A DNA stretch of 59,644 nt from a virus (lineage: Duplodnaviria; Caudoviricetes): positions 1 to 59,644 of the IMG/VR virus record IMGVR_UViG_3300048592_000721; one strand, given 5' to 3'. A model generated the notes under the pieces. It saw nothing but the letters and a program-made list of their open reading frames with translations. It did not search any database and was not told the origin of the DNA. Positions 28,147-37,252 of the stretch are shown here, piece after piece (position 1 is the stretch's first letter; the number at the start of each line of letters is the position of its first letter). The position numbers and the translations under genes were made by a program.

Positions 28147-28715
28147 AACTGGTGTCCCCGGTTACCGATAGAACGTTCGCAGATGTGACCAACCGCACGG
28201 CGAAGGGATTTATTAATGTGTCGGACTGGATTCGCATCTACGAAAATGCGCAATTGATGAGCCTGGTCACAGCGTTTTTGTTGAATACCGAAATTCAATT
28301 TGACCAACTGGCAGAGCCAACAGCGACATCTTTTCCGACTGTGGAAGACCTCAACACCCTACTGGCAAATATCCAGCGTGCGCGAGAGGCAAGCGGATTG
28401 CCCACCATCGAGGGGCTGGACGACATCAAAACGGATTGGACGGCAGGCGTATCGAGCGCATCCCCCAATTATGTAGATGCGAATACCTGGGAGCGTGTAA
28501 CGCAATTGGTACTCACATCTGTTGTCGCATCGCTGGAATACAAAATCTATACGGGCGTCGCCAACTGCGGACAGGAGCGGTTCTATCAATGCCGCTGGCG
28601 AGTATCTAATCAGTTCGTGCCGTCCGCAGAATCGCCAACCCGTAAAGTGCGGATGGGAAACGCGCAAACGGGAACGGGATTGACCCGTCAAAACTCGTAT
28701 CGGAGGTACTCATAA
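28143..28715 (+). CDS. baseplate-associated protein
   Basis: TDRT.ADV...KG.IN..D motif. Confidence 0.55.
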   Translation: MKLVSPVTDRTFADVTNRTAKGFINVSDWIRIYENAQLMSLVTAFLLNTEIQFDQLAEPTATSFPTVEDLNTLLANIQRAREASGLPTIEGLDDIKTDWTAGVSSASPNYVDANTWERVTQLVLTSVVASLEYKIYTGVANCGQERFYQCRWRVSNQFVPSAESPTRKVRMGNAQTGTGLTRQNSYRRYS

Positions 28716-28716
28716 T

Positions 28717-29328
28717 ATGCCGTATATCCCAACTGAATGGGAAGATGAAATCCTGGCGTCTGTTCCAGCGAAATATAGGATTGTCGCTGCCGATGGAACA
28801 ATCCTAAATGACGCAGTCATAGAATTGCTTACCGAAGTGACTCCAGGCACTTCGATGAACGCGGCGAACTTCAACAAGTTGGAGTCTGCTATCCAACAGG
28901 CGGTTGCCTTGGCAGAGCAAGCAGTTGCTAATACTCTGACGCCTGCGCAGGTCGTGGACGCAATCTGGAAAGTCGGCGATCTGTACACGTCTACCTCTCC
29001 AATTTCGCCCGCCATAAAATACGGTGTGGGGACATGGGAGGCATATGGAGCGGGAAGGGTCTTTGTTGGTATCGATCCAAACGACGAGGACTTCGACACC
29101 GTCGGAAAAGAAGGCGGCGAGAAGGCTCATCCTCTTACCGTCGACGAGAATGGTCCGCACACCCACTCCGAGAGTAAAGATACCGGAATCCAGCAGGTGG
29201 AAAGCGGCACGCAACCGTCGCGTTACCCATCCAACGGCACAGGAACCACCGGGTCGTCTGGACTCGGCACCCCCCACAACAACTTGCAACCCTTCACAGT
29301 CGTTTACGCTTGGAGGAGGATCGCATGA
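28717..29328 (+). CDS. baseplate/short fibre protein with Gp10-like C-terminus
   Basis: GRVFVG, GGEKAH.LT and HNNLQPF.VVYAWRR. Confidence 0.75.
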   Translation: MPYIPTEWEDEILASVPAKYRIVAADGTILNDAVIELLTEVTPGTSMNAANFNKLESAIQQAVALAEQAVANTLTPAQVVDAIWKVGDLYTSTSPISPAIKYGVGTWEAYGAGRVFVGIDPNDEDFDTVGKEGGEKAHPLTVDENGPHTHSESKDTGIQQVESGTQPSRYPSNGTGTTGSSGLGTPHNNLQPFTVVYAWRRIA

Positions 29329-30014
29329 GCTATATACCTCAGAACTGGCAGGACGAGATTCTAGTAGGTGAAGAAAAATACGTTATCAAAGACGGTGCAG
29401 GTGCGGTACTTTTGGATGACGTGAAGATTGAGATGAAAACAGAGGCGATCCAAGCTGGATCCGACGTGACCGCCGAGAGAATGAACCATCTCGAACAAGG
29501 GGTAGCGCAGGCGGGCGGAGCAGCATCGGAAACCTCTCCCGGCACAGTAGAGTTAGCGACAGCCACAGAAACTTCGGAAGGTAGCGACAATACTCGTGCT
29601 GTGACTCCTGACGGGTTGGCAGGCTCCGACTACGGGAAGCGGGTTGCCATCATCCCCGTAATAGGCAATTCGGAAGACCTGACCACGGGAGACGGAAAGC
29701 GAATAATCTCAATTCCGCAAGAGATCAACGGATGGAAACTGGTAGCGGCTCATGCGGTGGTTTACACAGTTTCTTCAAGCGGGACACCAACGGTGCAGGT
29801 CAGGAATTTGACCGACGGCGTGGATGTGCTATCGACTCGCATTACGATTGACGTTGCCCAGTACAACAGTTACGCAGCAGTGACCCAGCCTGTGATTGAT
29901 GCAACCTATAACGACGTTGCTACGGGAGATCGCATTGCCATCGACGTGGATGCGGCTGGCACAGGGACAAAGGGCTTGGATGTCATACTGACTTTTCAGA
30001 GGATCAACCCATGA
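29325..30014 (+). CDS. tail fibre-like protein
   Basis: ASETSPGTVELAT..E...G....RAVTP fibre repeat. N-terminus paralogous to 28717. Confidence 0.65.
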   Translation: MSYIPQNWQDEILVGEEKYVIKDGAGAVLLDDVKIEMKTEAIQAGSDVTAERMNHLEQGVAQAGGAASETSPGTVELATATETSEGSDNTRAVTPDGLAGSDYGKRVAIIPVIGNSEDLTTGDGKRIISIPQEINGWKLVAAHAVVYTVSSSGTPTVQVRNLTDGVDVLSTRITIDVAQYNSYAAVTQPVIDATYNDVATGDRIAIDVDAAGTGTKGLDVILTFQRINP

Positions 30015-30622
30015 TCTACAGCATAGTAGCAGACACGTCATCTACTATTTACGGGAACAACGCTACCTACTCCACTGCTAGGGCTACCGCATCGGCAATA
30101 TCAACGCCAGGACTCTCAATCGGACAACGGCGACATACAAACGGTGTCTATTATTGCTACGCGGGTTTTTTGCGCTTTAATACTTCAATAATCCCATTGG
30201 GAACACCAATCTCTAAAGTCAGCATAAGTTTAACTTTAGATGCCGACTTAAGTACTTATCAGGAGTTTGATGTTGAGATCGTCGAATGGGATTGGCGCGC
30301 CTACGATCCGCTTACAACAGGCAACCAAGACAGTGCGTATGACGGAAACAGGGGTTCTGCCGCTCCATTCATTATCAGGAACACTAGCGGAATAGCGATA
30401 AACACTCCTTACATAAGCCCCCTGCTGACTAAAACCTATCCCACTTTGGGTGGTTATACCTACTACGGACTCAGGTCTTCCCGTTGGTATGCAGGCGCAG
30501 CACCTGGCGCGGCAGGAACAAACGAGTACGTCGGCATCGCCACTCATCTTCACGTCACGGAAGCGTATCGCCCAACCCTGCTGATAGAAACAGTATCATC
30601 TTTGCCAGTGATCTGGCTATAA
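30011..30622 (+). CDS. virion accessory/receptor-binding beta-sandwich protein
   Basis: FLRFNTS.IP and RPTLLIE pattern (DNRLRE-like). Confidence 0.45.
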   Translation: MIYSIVADTSSTIYGNNATYSTARATASAISTPGLSIGQRRHTNGVYYCYAGFLRFNTSIIPLGTPISKVSISLTLDADLSTYQEFDVEIVEWDWRAYDPLTTGNQDSAYDGNRGSAAPFIIRNTSGIAINTPYISPLLTKTYPTLGGYTYYGLRSSRWYAGAAPGAAGTNEYVGIATHLHVTEAYRPTLLIETVSSLPVIWL

Positions 30623-30633
30623 GGAGAAACATA

Positions 30634-31014
30634 ATGGCTCTCGTAAAACAATATGTACAACCCAATGGCGTGACAGGCAATTACTGGCGCATAACTGACA
30701 TTGCGCAAAGCACAGTTCAGGACATTACGACTGTGCGACTTGCCTTATATCTCAACAAGGCAAAGCGGCAGGAATCAGGGCAATACACGCTACCTCATTC
30801 GGTTCTGTTTGAGTTTCGAGAAGGCGACCATCCGTTGTCGGAACTCACAACGCCAAACAATTTGCCCGACAACTCTAATGCCGCGCTCTTGAAGATGCTT
30901 TATAAACACATTCGGTCTGTCGTTGCGGCATCTAGGAACATTGAGGAAGCCAACCGTTCTCAAAACGAGCATAAAGCAATCTGGTTTGACGATGCAGATG
31001 ACGATGTTGAATAG
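30634..31014 (+). CDS. hypothetical tail-associated protein
   Basis: AAGGAG RBS. MALVKQ...GVTGNYWRI start. Confidence 0.6.
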   Translation: MALVKQYVQPNGVTGNYWRITDIAQSTVQDITTVRLALYLNKAKRQESGQYTLPHSVLFEFREGDHPLSELTTPNNLPDNSNAALLKMLYKHIRSVVAASRNIEEANRSQNEHKAIWFDDADDDVE

Positions 31015-31046
31015 CAATTTTCATTCCGCCTCTTGAACGGTGAAAC

Positions 31047-31083
31047 AAAAAGACCGCGCCTTCTTGGCGCGGTCTTTTTGTTT
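31047..31083. terminator. bidirectional intrinsic terminator between late and early arms
   Basis: AAAAAGACCGCGCC-TTCTT-GGCGCGGTCTTTTT. Confidence 0.85.
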
Positions 31084-31094
31084 GAGGTTGGGGG

Positions 31095-31316
31095 TTATTT
31101 GCCGACATGGACGTGGTCGTGGCTGTGCGCGTGACCGTGCCCGTGCTGGTGGACGTGCTTTTCGATTTTGACGGCTTTCGGGTCGCCAGATAGCATAGCG
31201 GCGAGTTCGGCAAGTTCGTTCAGGATAAGGGCTTCATCGGGATTCTGCGAGTTGTCGAAATTTATCGTACCGTCTGCGGAGATTTTCACTTTGATTACAC
31301 GTTTTTGCATTGCCAT
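31095..31316 (-). CDS. DUF2997-like protein with His-rich tail
   Basis: IKVKISADGTI beta start and HQHGHGHAHSHDHVH tail. Follows the DUF1257-like gene. Confidence 0.55.
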   Translation of the reverse strand: MAMQKRVIKVKISADGTINFDNSQNPDEALILNELAELAAMLSGDPKAVKIEKHVHQHGHGHAHSHDHVHVGK

Positions 31317-31323
31317 TTTGTCC

Positions 31324-31659
31324 TCACTGGATTTGGTATTTGACTAATTCATATTCTCCGGGATTCTTGCCAGCGGAGAATGTGTATCCGTATTTCTTTC
31401 CAAACGCCTTGACTGTGTTCTTGGCGTAGGACATGGTTAGGGAGTCCAGCAGTTCCTCGTAATCCCATGACGAGCGACTGGTCATCAGGCGGTAGCTCTC
31501 GCCTTCGCGGGAGCGTTCGAGCGCGAGCCGCTTATCGCCTTTTTCAATCACGATGTTGTTCGGGGACAACGCTGTGACTTTGGCTCCGATTTCCTTGATC
31601 GCTTGCTGGATAATGACCAGGTTAATCAATTTGGTTTGAATGACAGAATAACAGGGCAT
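31324..31659 (-). CDS. DUF1257/Ycf35-like protein
   Basis: YSVIQTKL start and SYAKNTVK...GY end. Context next to the Ycf46-like AAA gene. Confidence 0.55.
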   Translation of the reverse strand: MPCYSVIQTKLINLVIIQQAIKEIGAKVTALSPNNIVIEKGDKRLALERSREGESYRLMTSRSSWDYEELLDSLTMSYAKNTVKAFGKKYGYTFSAGKNPGEYELVKYQIQ

Positions 31660-31844
31660 TGGTTTTTCTCCTTCAAAGTATTTTTTTTCGGATAATGTAT
31701 TAAGTGTTCAGGGCTTGAAAAGTACCACGATGTGATGATGGGCAATCATCAGAACGGAGGCTTGTAGAGGCTTGGGACGCTTTTGACGGGCATTGTAGAA
31801 TGGAGAACAAACGGCGCGGGGTTGATTCCGCGCCGTCTTTATTT

Positions 31845-33404
31845 CTATACTTCCATCGTGCGACTGGCTGCCGACTTCGCTTTCGGCTCGGCTTCGAGCG
31901 GAGCGCCAGCGATGATCGCCTTGCCTTTTGCCCACTCGCGCAGGGCTTTGATATCCTCCTTCTTGGTTTCAGAGGTTGGGACAATTTGCTTCGCGGCTTC
32001 GAGCAGGTAGGTGACATCCAAAGGCTTCTCGTCGAAAAACGCGCGCTCAACTGCGAACTTTACAACCTTCTCGATCTCGCGTCCTGAAAAACCCCATGTG
32101 GCATTGACAACGCTAACCAGTTCTTTTGAATCTAATAAGTTCGCTTTGTCGCGTTTTATCAAATGGACGCCAATGATTTCTGCGCGGCTCTGCGCATCTG
32201 GCAGATCCACGAACATCACGTCATCGAAGCGACTGAGCAACTCAGGACGCAGGGCATTCACGCTGTTGGCAGTCGCGATCACATAGACGGGCGATGTAGT
32301 TTCTTGCATCCATGTCAGGAGGGAACCAATCACGCGCATCATTACGCCGCCATCGGATGCGCCGCCGTTGTCTGCCAGCGCCTTTTCGATTTCATCCAAC
32401 CACAGGACACAGGGAGCGGTAGCCTCGGCAACTTTCAACGCTGTGGAGATATTGTTCTCGGCGGCTCCCACGCGCCCGCTTCCCAAAATCTTGCTCATGT
32501 CGAAGCGGAGTAGCGGCAGGGTTCCACCTGCGATTGCCTTTGCGCTCAGGCTCTTACCTGTGCCTGGCACGCCGACTAGCAAAACGCCTTTGGGAGCATC
32601 CACGCCAGCGGCGCGGGCTTTAGGTGACATGGCGAGACGCTTCCGTGCGGCATACTGTTTGAGGTTGTCCAACCCGCCCACGTCGCTCATGCTGACATTT
32701 GCCTCGAAGTATTCCAGCACGCCGCTCTTGCGGATGATTTGTTTTTTCTCTGCGATGATATGGGAGATAACACCGTCGCCAAGTTCGCCACAGGCTACCA
32801 CGCCAGCGGTCAGGACGTTTTCGGCTTCTTCTTCGGTCAGTCCGCGCATCGCCTGAATGACCTGGTCACGGTTGCCATTCAGGGTGACGGGAGTCGTGCT
32901 TGGCAGGTTGGATTCGGCTTTGCTCAAAATGGCTTCGAGTTCTTTCACGTCTGGTAGTGACCAATCAATCACGGCAATCTGTTTTTCAAGGTCAGGGTGT
33001 ACGTTCAGCGACGGACTGAGCAAAATCAGGTTGTGTTTGCGGGTCTGAAAACGGGCGGAAATGTCGCGCAAAAATCTAACCACCCGCACGTCATTCTCAA
33101 TTAACTTGTGCAGGTCTTTGAAAACAAACAGCGTACTTGGCGCGTTCCCTTCCTCGTCGAAGTTTGCCACCCATCCAAGCGCGGCGTTGGGGTCGGTGTA
33201 TTCATCTGCGGCAAGGTCTTCCACGCCGACCAGTCCCTGCGTGATGGTCCACTCCACGACTTGGCGCGGGACTTTCTTCCCGCTGGTGAGTCGCATTTCC
33301 TTCGAGAGTTTCTCGATGGCTTGCATGACGCGGGACTCTTCATGAGAGACGACAGCAATCAATGCGTAGCGGGCTTTTATGTAGCGTTCAAGCGGTTCTT
33401 TCAT
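31845..33404 (-). CDS. Ycf46-like AAA+ ATPase
   Basis: Degenerate first domain (SHEESR, FKDLH), DVGGLDNLK, GVPGTGKS, WLDEIEK and RPELLSRFD. Confidence 0.88.
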   Translation of the reverse strand: MKEPLERYIKARYALIAVVSHEESRVMQAIEKLSKEMRLTSGKKVPRQVVEWTITQGLVGVEDLAADEYTDPNAALGWVANFDEEGNAPSTLFVFKDLHKLIENDVRVVRFLRDISARFQTRKHNLILLSPSLNVHPDLEKQIAVIDWSLPDVKELEAILSKAESNLPSTTPVTLNGNRDQVIQAMRGLTEEEAENVLTAGVVACGELGDGVISHIIAEKKQIIRKSGVLEYFEANVSMSDVGGLDNLKQYAARKRLAMSPKARAAGVDAPKGVLLVGVPGTGKSLSAKAIAGGTLPLLRFDMSKILGSGRVGAAENNISTALKVAEATAPCVLWLDEIEKALADNGGASDGGVMMRVIGSLLTWMQETTSPVYVIATANSVNALRPELLSRFDDVMFVDLPDAQSRAEIIGVHLIKRDKANLLDSKELVSVVNATWGFSGREIEKVVKFAVERAFFDEKPLDVTYLLEAAKQIVPTSETKKEDIKALREWAKGKAIIAGAPLEAEPKAKSAASRTMEV

Positions 33405-33417
33405 GGTGTTCTCCTTT

Positions 33418-33444
33418 GTATTTTCTTATCCAGTTAAGTGTTCA
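33418..33444 (-). promoter_or_regulatory. representative copy of TGAACACTTA-..-GGATAAGAAAATAC intergenic motif
   Basis: About 13 full or partial copies, always sense to the downstream gene (see findings). Confidence 0.7.
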
Positions 33445-33490
33445 GGTAAATAAAAATCCAGCCTTGTCAGGGCTGGATTTTTATGCTCGT

Positions 33491-33676
33491 TTATAAACTT
33501 GGTTTTTTCCCTGCATTTGGAGTGCTGCGAGACACAGCACCATTTTTTACCCAACGCCAATATTTACCATTGCGAAAATACATACCGACAGCGCCACACT
33601 TGCAAAACGCAATAATGATTATGTCCTCGTTGTACCGAGCGCGTTTGCGGCAAAATCTGCAATAGGCTTGTCTCAT
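33491..33676 (-). CDS. small CxxC zinc-ribbon protein
   Basis: CRFC...CKC. Confidence 0.45.
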   Translation of the reverse strand: MRQAYCRFCRKRARYNEDIIIIAFCKCGAVGMYFRNGKYWRWVKNGAVSRSTPNAGKKPSL

Positions 33677-33679
33677 CTG

Positions 33680-33949
33680 CTATACCTCGATTGCGGCGAA
33701 ACGATTCAGGGCTTTCTCGACTTTGGGCGTGATTGCCTTTGGCGTGAACGCTTGTATGACCTGGGATTTCATCGCCTCCGCAATATGCTTGCATGGTTTG
33801 CGCGGAGTGTGAAATATCCACGCGGGACAGGAGCATTGCCACTCGCCTTTGTCAGTTAGAACAACGGTATGCTCTTTGTCAGGATTGGAGTGGGAGGTCA
33901 CGCCGAAAACCTGCTTGTAGCGCTTGTAGGGTCCGTATCTGTTTATCAT
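33680..33949 (-). CDS. SWIM zinc-finger protein
   Basis: CSCPAW...CKH. Confidence 0.75.
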   Translation of the reverse strand: MINRYGPYKRYKQVFGVTSHSNPDKEHTVVLTDKGEWQCSCPAWIFHTPRKPCKHIAEAMKSQVIQAFTPKAITPKVEKALNRFAAIEV

Positions 33950-33962
33950 TTCAACCTTTTCC

Positions 33963-34151
33963 TCATATTATTTCAATGGCTTTTTCAAGTCCTGCGATGA
34001 TCTTGGTTAAGTCATCTTCATCTACAATTCGTCCGTTTATGAGTGTGCATGTGTTGCCAAGCACGATACAAAAATCATCTTCGGATTCCATGTCGCTTTC
34101 AGCAAGCATTGGATAGATAACGGTCTCATTCTCGTCTACAACTATTTTCAT
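33963..34151 (-). CDS. hypothetical protein
   Basis: GGAG RBS, coupled to the upstream gene. Confidence 0.45.
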   Translation of the reverse strand: MKIVVDENETVIYPMLAESDMESEDDFCIVLGNTCTLINGRIVDEDDLTKIIAGLEKAIEII

Positions 34152-34152
34152 G

Positions 34153-35373
34153 CTATATCTCCACTGCGGCGAACTTGCCACCACCATCCTCGATTTCACC
34201 TGCAACGGTGTCTGAGAGTTCGACGATTTCCTGCAACTTTTCGGTAATCGCGGTCACATCGCGGGCGTCGTCCTTTGTGCCATTCTCTCCCATGAGTTTC
34301 TGCAACTCGGTCAACTTATCCACCATGCGCTCGTCAGTCAGTTCGGGAATGAGCATCATGTTATAGAACTCCAACAGTCCGCGCCCTTTCTCGGCGATTT
34401 TGCCACGCACGACGCCGCCTTTCTTGATGGTGGTAAGTAGGTCTGAGGCGCGGTCAACGCACTCGCCAAGCGCGTTCTTGTAAACCTCGACGAATGGGCT
34501 GACGGTCTCTTTGATTTGCGCGCGCGCGTGTTCGAGTTCAGCCTGGCGCATCGCTTCGATTTTGACTTCACGCTCTGCGTGCTCGTCCTGATTCTTCAAT
34601 GTAACGGTGCGGAGTTGCTCCAGCAAGAGGCGGTTTTCAAGGTCTGCCTTCTCGTTTTCGGATTCAAGTTGTTTGCGGATTTTATCGACCTCAGCAGATT
34701 CTTTCGCCGCGTCAAACTCACTGTAGACCAGGGCGGTGATGTAATCGGCTTGCAGTTTTTCTTCGATGGCTTCCACGGACGGGACGGCAGTGATCGCCTT
34801 CTCGATTACGTATGAAACAAAATCTTCCATGTCCATTTCTTCGCCAGCGATGAAGACCTTGCCGCCATCCTGTGCCGACATGGATTTCCACGCGCTCATG
34901 GCAATGCGCTCGTATTCGGCGGAGATAGTGTCAACGTATTCGTTGCGTCGTTCAATGATGTCCGCTTTGATTGCGTAGAACTCGTCGCGGAGTTCCTTCC
35001 ACTTCTCGACGAAGGCAGGGTGCGCGGTGTACGGCATCCAATTGTATGGAGAGAATCCAGCAACCTTGCGGCTATGGGCTTCAAAGACCTGGCGCATTCG
35101 GATGACCACACTTTTGAGGGGCTTCACAGCGCTTTCGGGAATGAGGTACTTCGCACCGGGCTTGATCCAGCCGTACCGCGCGTCTTTTTCGGAGTCTTGT
35201 AGAAACCCGATTTCGTCGAAACTCGCGGTCTTGGTGAACATGCCTGAGCCTGTGATCGTGAGGTCAATGAGGATTCCGTTCTCGCGCAGGATGTCCAACT
35301 GGATACGGACGGGAATTGCCTTCTTGCCTGTCACATTTTCGGCTTTCTTCTTGCGGTTCGTGGTGTCTGTCAT
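34153..35373 (-). CDS. DUF3150-like helical/coiled-coil protein
   Basis: AAGGAG RBS. Helical content and co-occurrence with the AAA module. Confidence 0.45.
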   Translation of the reverse strand: MTDTTNRKKKAENVTGKKAIPVRIQLDILRENGILIDLTITGSGMFTKTASFDEIGFLQDSEKDARYGWIKPGAKYLIPESAVKPLKSVVIRMRQVFEAHSRKVAGFSPYNWMPYTAHPAFVEKWKELRDEFYAIKADIIERRNEYVDTISAEYERIAMSAWKSMSAQDGGKVFIAGEEMDMEDFVSYVIEKAITAVPSVEAIEEKLQADYITALVYSEFDAAKESAEVDKIRKQLESENEKADLENRLLLEQLRTVTLKNQDEHAEREVKIEAMRQAELEHARAQIKETVSPFVEVYKNALGECVDRASDLLTTIKKGGVVRGKIAEKGRGLLEFYNMMLIPELTDERMVDKLTELQKLMGENGTKDDARDVTAITEKLQEIVELSDTVAGEIEDGGGKFAAVEI

Positions 35374-35453
35374 GGACTTTCTCCTTATTGGAAACAGAGT
35401 ATTTTCTTATCCAGATAAGTGTTCAGAAAAAGAAAAATCCCGCCGAAGCGGGA

Positions 35454-35621
35454 TTAGTTTTTTTTCAGGGAATACCAGTCGTCTATAAACTTCGTGGTTT
35501 CGGGCAGGGTGACAAACTCGCTGCGTTCCGTGCCGAGGAATATCACGAAGCCGATTCCACCTTCGATGATCTGGACGCCTTTGTAGGTGGCGTGTGGGAC
35601 GAGGGTTTTCTTGTTACTCAT
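35454..35621 (-). CDS. small hypothetical protein (55 aa, below ORF track cutoff)
   Basis: MSNKKTLVPHATYKG...WYSLKKN, coupled to the upstream stop and ending at a terminator. Confidence 0.45.
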   Translation of the reverse strand: MSNKKTLVPHATYKGVQIIEGGIGFVIFLGTERSEFVTLPETTKFIDDWYSLKKN

Positions 35622-35932
35622 TACACATAAACCTTGTTATTAAGAGCATCCTCAATGGCTTGCATGGCGTTTGCGCCGACTTCTGCGCCTTTGGTGTCCT
35701 GACATTTTTTGAGGTGGATATAGGCGAGTTTACAGGCATGGCGAAGTTCTCCGTTTCGCATGGCGAGTCTGTTGTTGTGCCTGTTTACGCGCTTCCCAAA
35801 TTCTCGCAAGACAAGAACATCCTTGAAGATGTGTTCGCGCTTCTCTTTGGGCGAACAAGCCTCGAAATGGTTTTCTTCTTCTTTGAGGTAGTCAAGAACT
35901 CTGTGTAGTGATTGGACTTCGTCGTTTGTCAT
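35621..35932 (-). CDS. hypothetical protein
   Basis: AAGGAG RBS after a motif copy. Confidence 0.6.
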   Translation of the reverse strand: MTNDEVQSLHRVLDYLKEEENHFEACSPKEKREHIFKDVLVLREFGKRVNRHNNRLAMRNGELRHACKLAYIHLKKCQDTKGAEVGANAMQAIEDALNNKVYV

Positions 35933-35983
35933 TTGATTTCTCCTTGTATTTTCTTATCCTGTTAAGTGTTCATCAGCCTTGAT

Positions 35984-36886
35984 TTACAGCAAAGCGGGCT
36001 GTTTCCATGCACGAATTTCCTCGGTGATCTCAACCAACCGCTCAGGATCAGCCGACTGCGCTTCACGGTAGGCAGACTTATACGGGTCGGGAATCGCTCT
36101 CAATTCGACTTCGGAGACGGCAAGAGCGCACTTAATGGAAAAGCCATTCAAGCCGTGCAGGAGGATGTTTACCTTCGCCATGTTTACGCAGGTTTGGTCA
36201 ATGTCCATACCGTAGAAGCGGACGAAATTCCAATCCAGCATCCAAGGCGGGACCGTTGACGCGGCGGCGAGAAACATCACACCGGAACCGCATGCGGGGT
36301 CAAGGACAGTGACAGGCTCAATATCGACGGCGACGGTGGGCAGGACTCTGCTGAAAAACCAATCTTCGGCTTGGGCTGAATCTTTCATTCCAAGACTGGC
36401 TATTAACATTGCTTGCGCCAGCGGATTTTCACTGCACGCGGTCTTGATGCGCTCGTGAACCAGCGCGGGGATGTCATCCATTGTCATATCTGCCATCAAT
36501 TTGGCAATGTGAAACGGCGTGAAAAATTGCCCGCTGTGTTTGTTCGCAATCCCGAACTCCATGTACACGTCGCCGATGGTGTCGTTCCAGTCATCTTCCG
36601 CGCTGAGTATCAGGTAGCCTAATGCCTCGGCGAAGCGTTCAAAGTAGATGGGTTTGCGGTAACGCTCGCGCAGACGCTGGAATCGTTTTTGTACTTCTTC
36701 CGTGTCATCTGCTGGTTTGCCTGTAGTTGCAACTGCACGGACGTGGTCTGGCAGCCTTTCGAGGGAGTCCAGCGCGAGATTCAAGAAGTCGTCAAAGATG
36801 TCATACGGACTGACGCCACTTGATGTGATGCTTTCCAGCGTCTTGATGATCTGCTTTTTGTAATCGGGTGCGCCTCTTGGTTTCAT
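35984..36886 (-). CDS. HsdM-like N6 methylase fragment (motif I only)
   Basis: GQFFTP, DPACGSG and GMDID present. No NPPF/Y before the stop. Confidence 0.75.
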   Translation of the reverse strand: MKPRGAPDYKKQIIKTLESITSSGVSPYDIFDDFLNLALDSLERLPDHVRAVATTGKPADDTEEVQKRFQRLRERYRKPIYFERFAEALGYLILSAEDDWNDTIGDVYMEFGIANKHSGQFFTPFHIAKLMADMTMDDIPALVHERIKTACSENPLAQAMLIASLGMKDSAQAEDWFFSRVLPTVAVDIEPVTVLDPACGSGVMFLAAASTVPPWMLDWNFVRFYGMDIDQTCVNMAKVNILLHGLNGFSIKCALAVSEVELRAIPDPYKSAYREAQSADPERLVEITEEIRAWKQPALL

Positions 36887-36930
36887 ACTCGAACAAGTGT
36901 TCAGACACGCAAAAATCCCACGCACGAAAA

Positions 36931-37232
36931 ACGCTTGGGGCGACCTGTGAGGTGTCTTTCTCTTTGAGTCTGGGTGTTATGTGTCTGACGCTTGGAAAAT
37001 CGCTTGTAGAGCATGATCTGAAAAAAAACTCTTGGGACTTCCTTAGACGAAAAAAAACATGCAGACACTTCATTCAGTGTGCTGCATGTGCTAGTTTCGG
37101 GCTTATCGGGGCTTGTGACGCGATTTTGGAATCAGGCTTCTTGGGACGCACGGAAATCAGGAATTTGGGTAACGATATGCAGAGTTGCAGAACGGGGTCT
37201 TAGAATCGCTTGTGACGCGCTTCGTGAAATTT
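36931..37232. repeat. composite non-coding repeat (three ~90-bp units)
   Basis: 37043-37232 is homologous to 57400-57590. 36931-36985 is homologous to 50516-50570. Confidence 0.8.
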
Positions 37233-37252
37233 TGTTTTTCGCTATTTCATTC

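Noticed and set aside
28717-31014. Diversity-generating retroelement acting on tail fibres
   Set aside because: No reverse transcriptase and no TR/VR pair with adenine-specific mismatches was seen.
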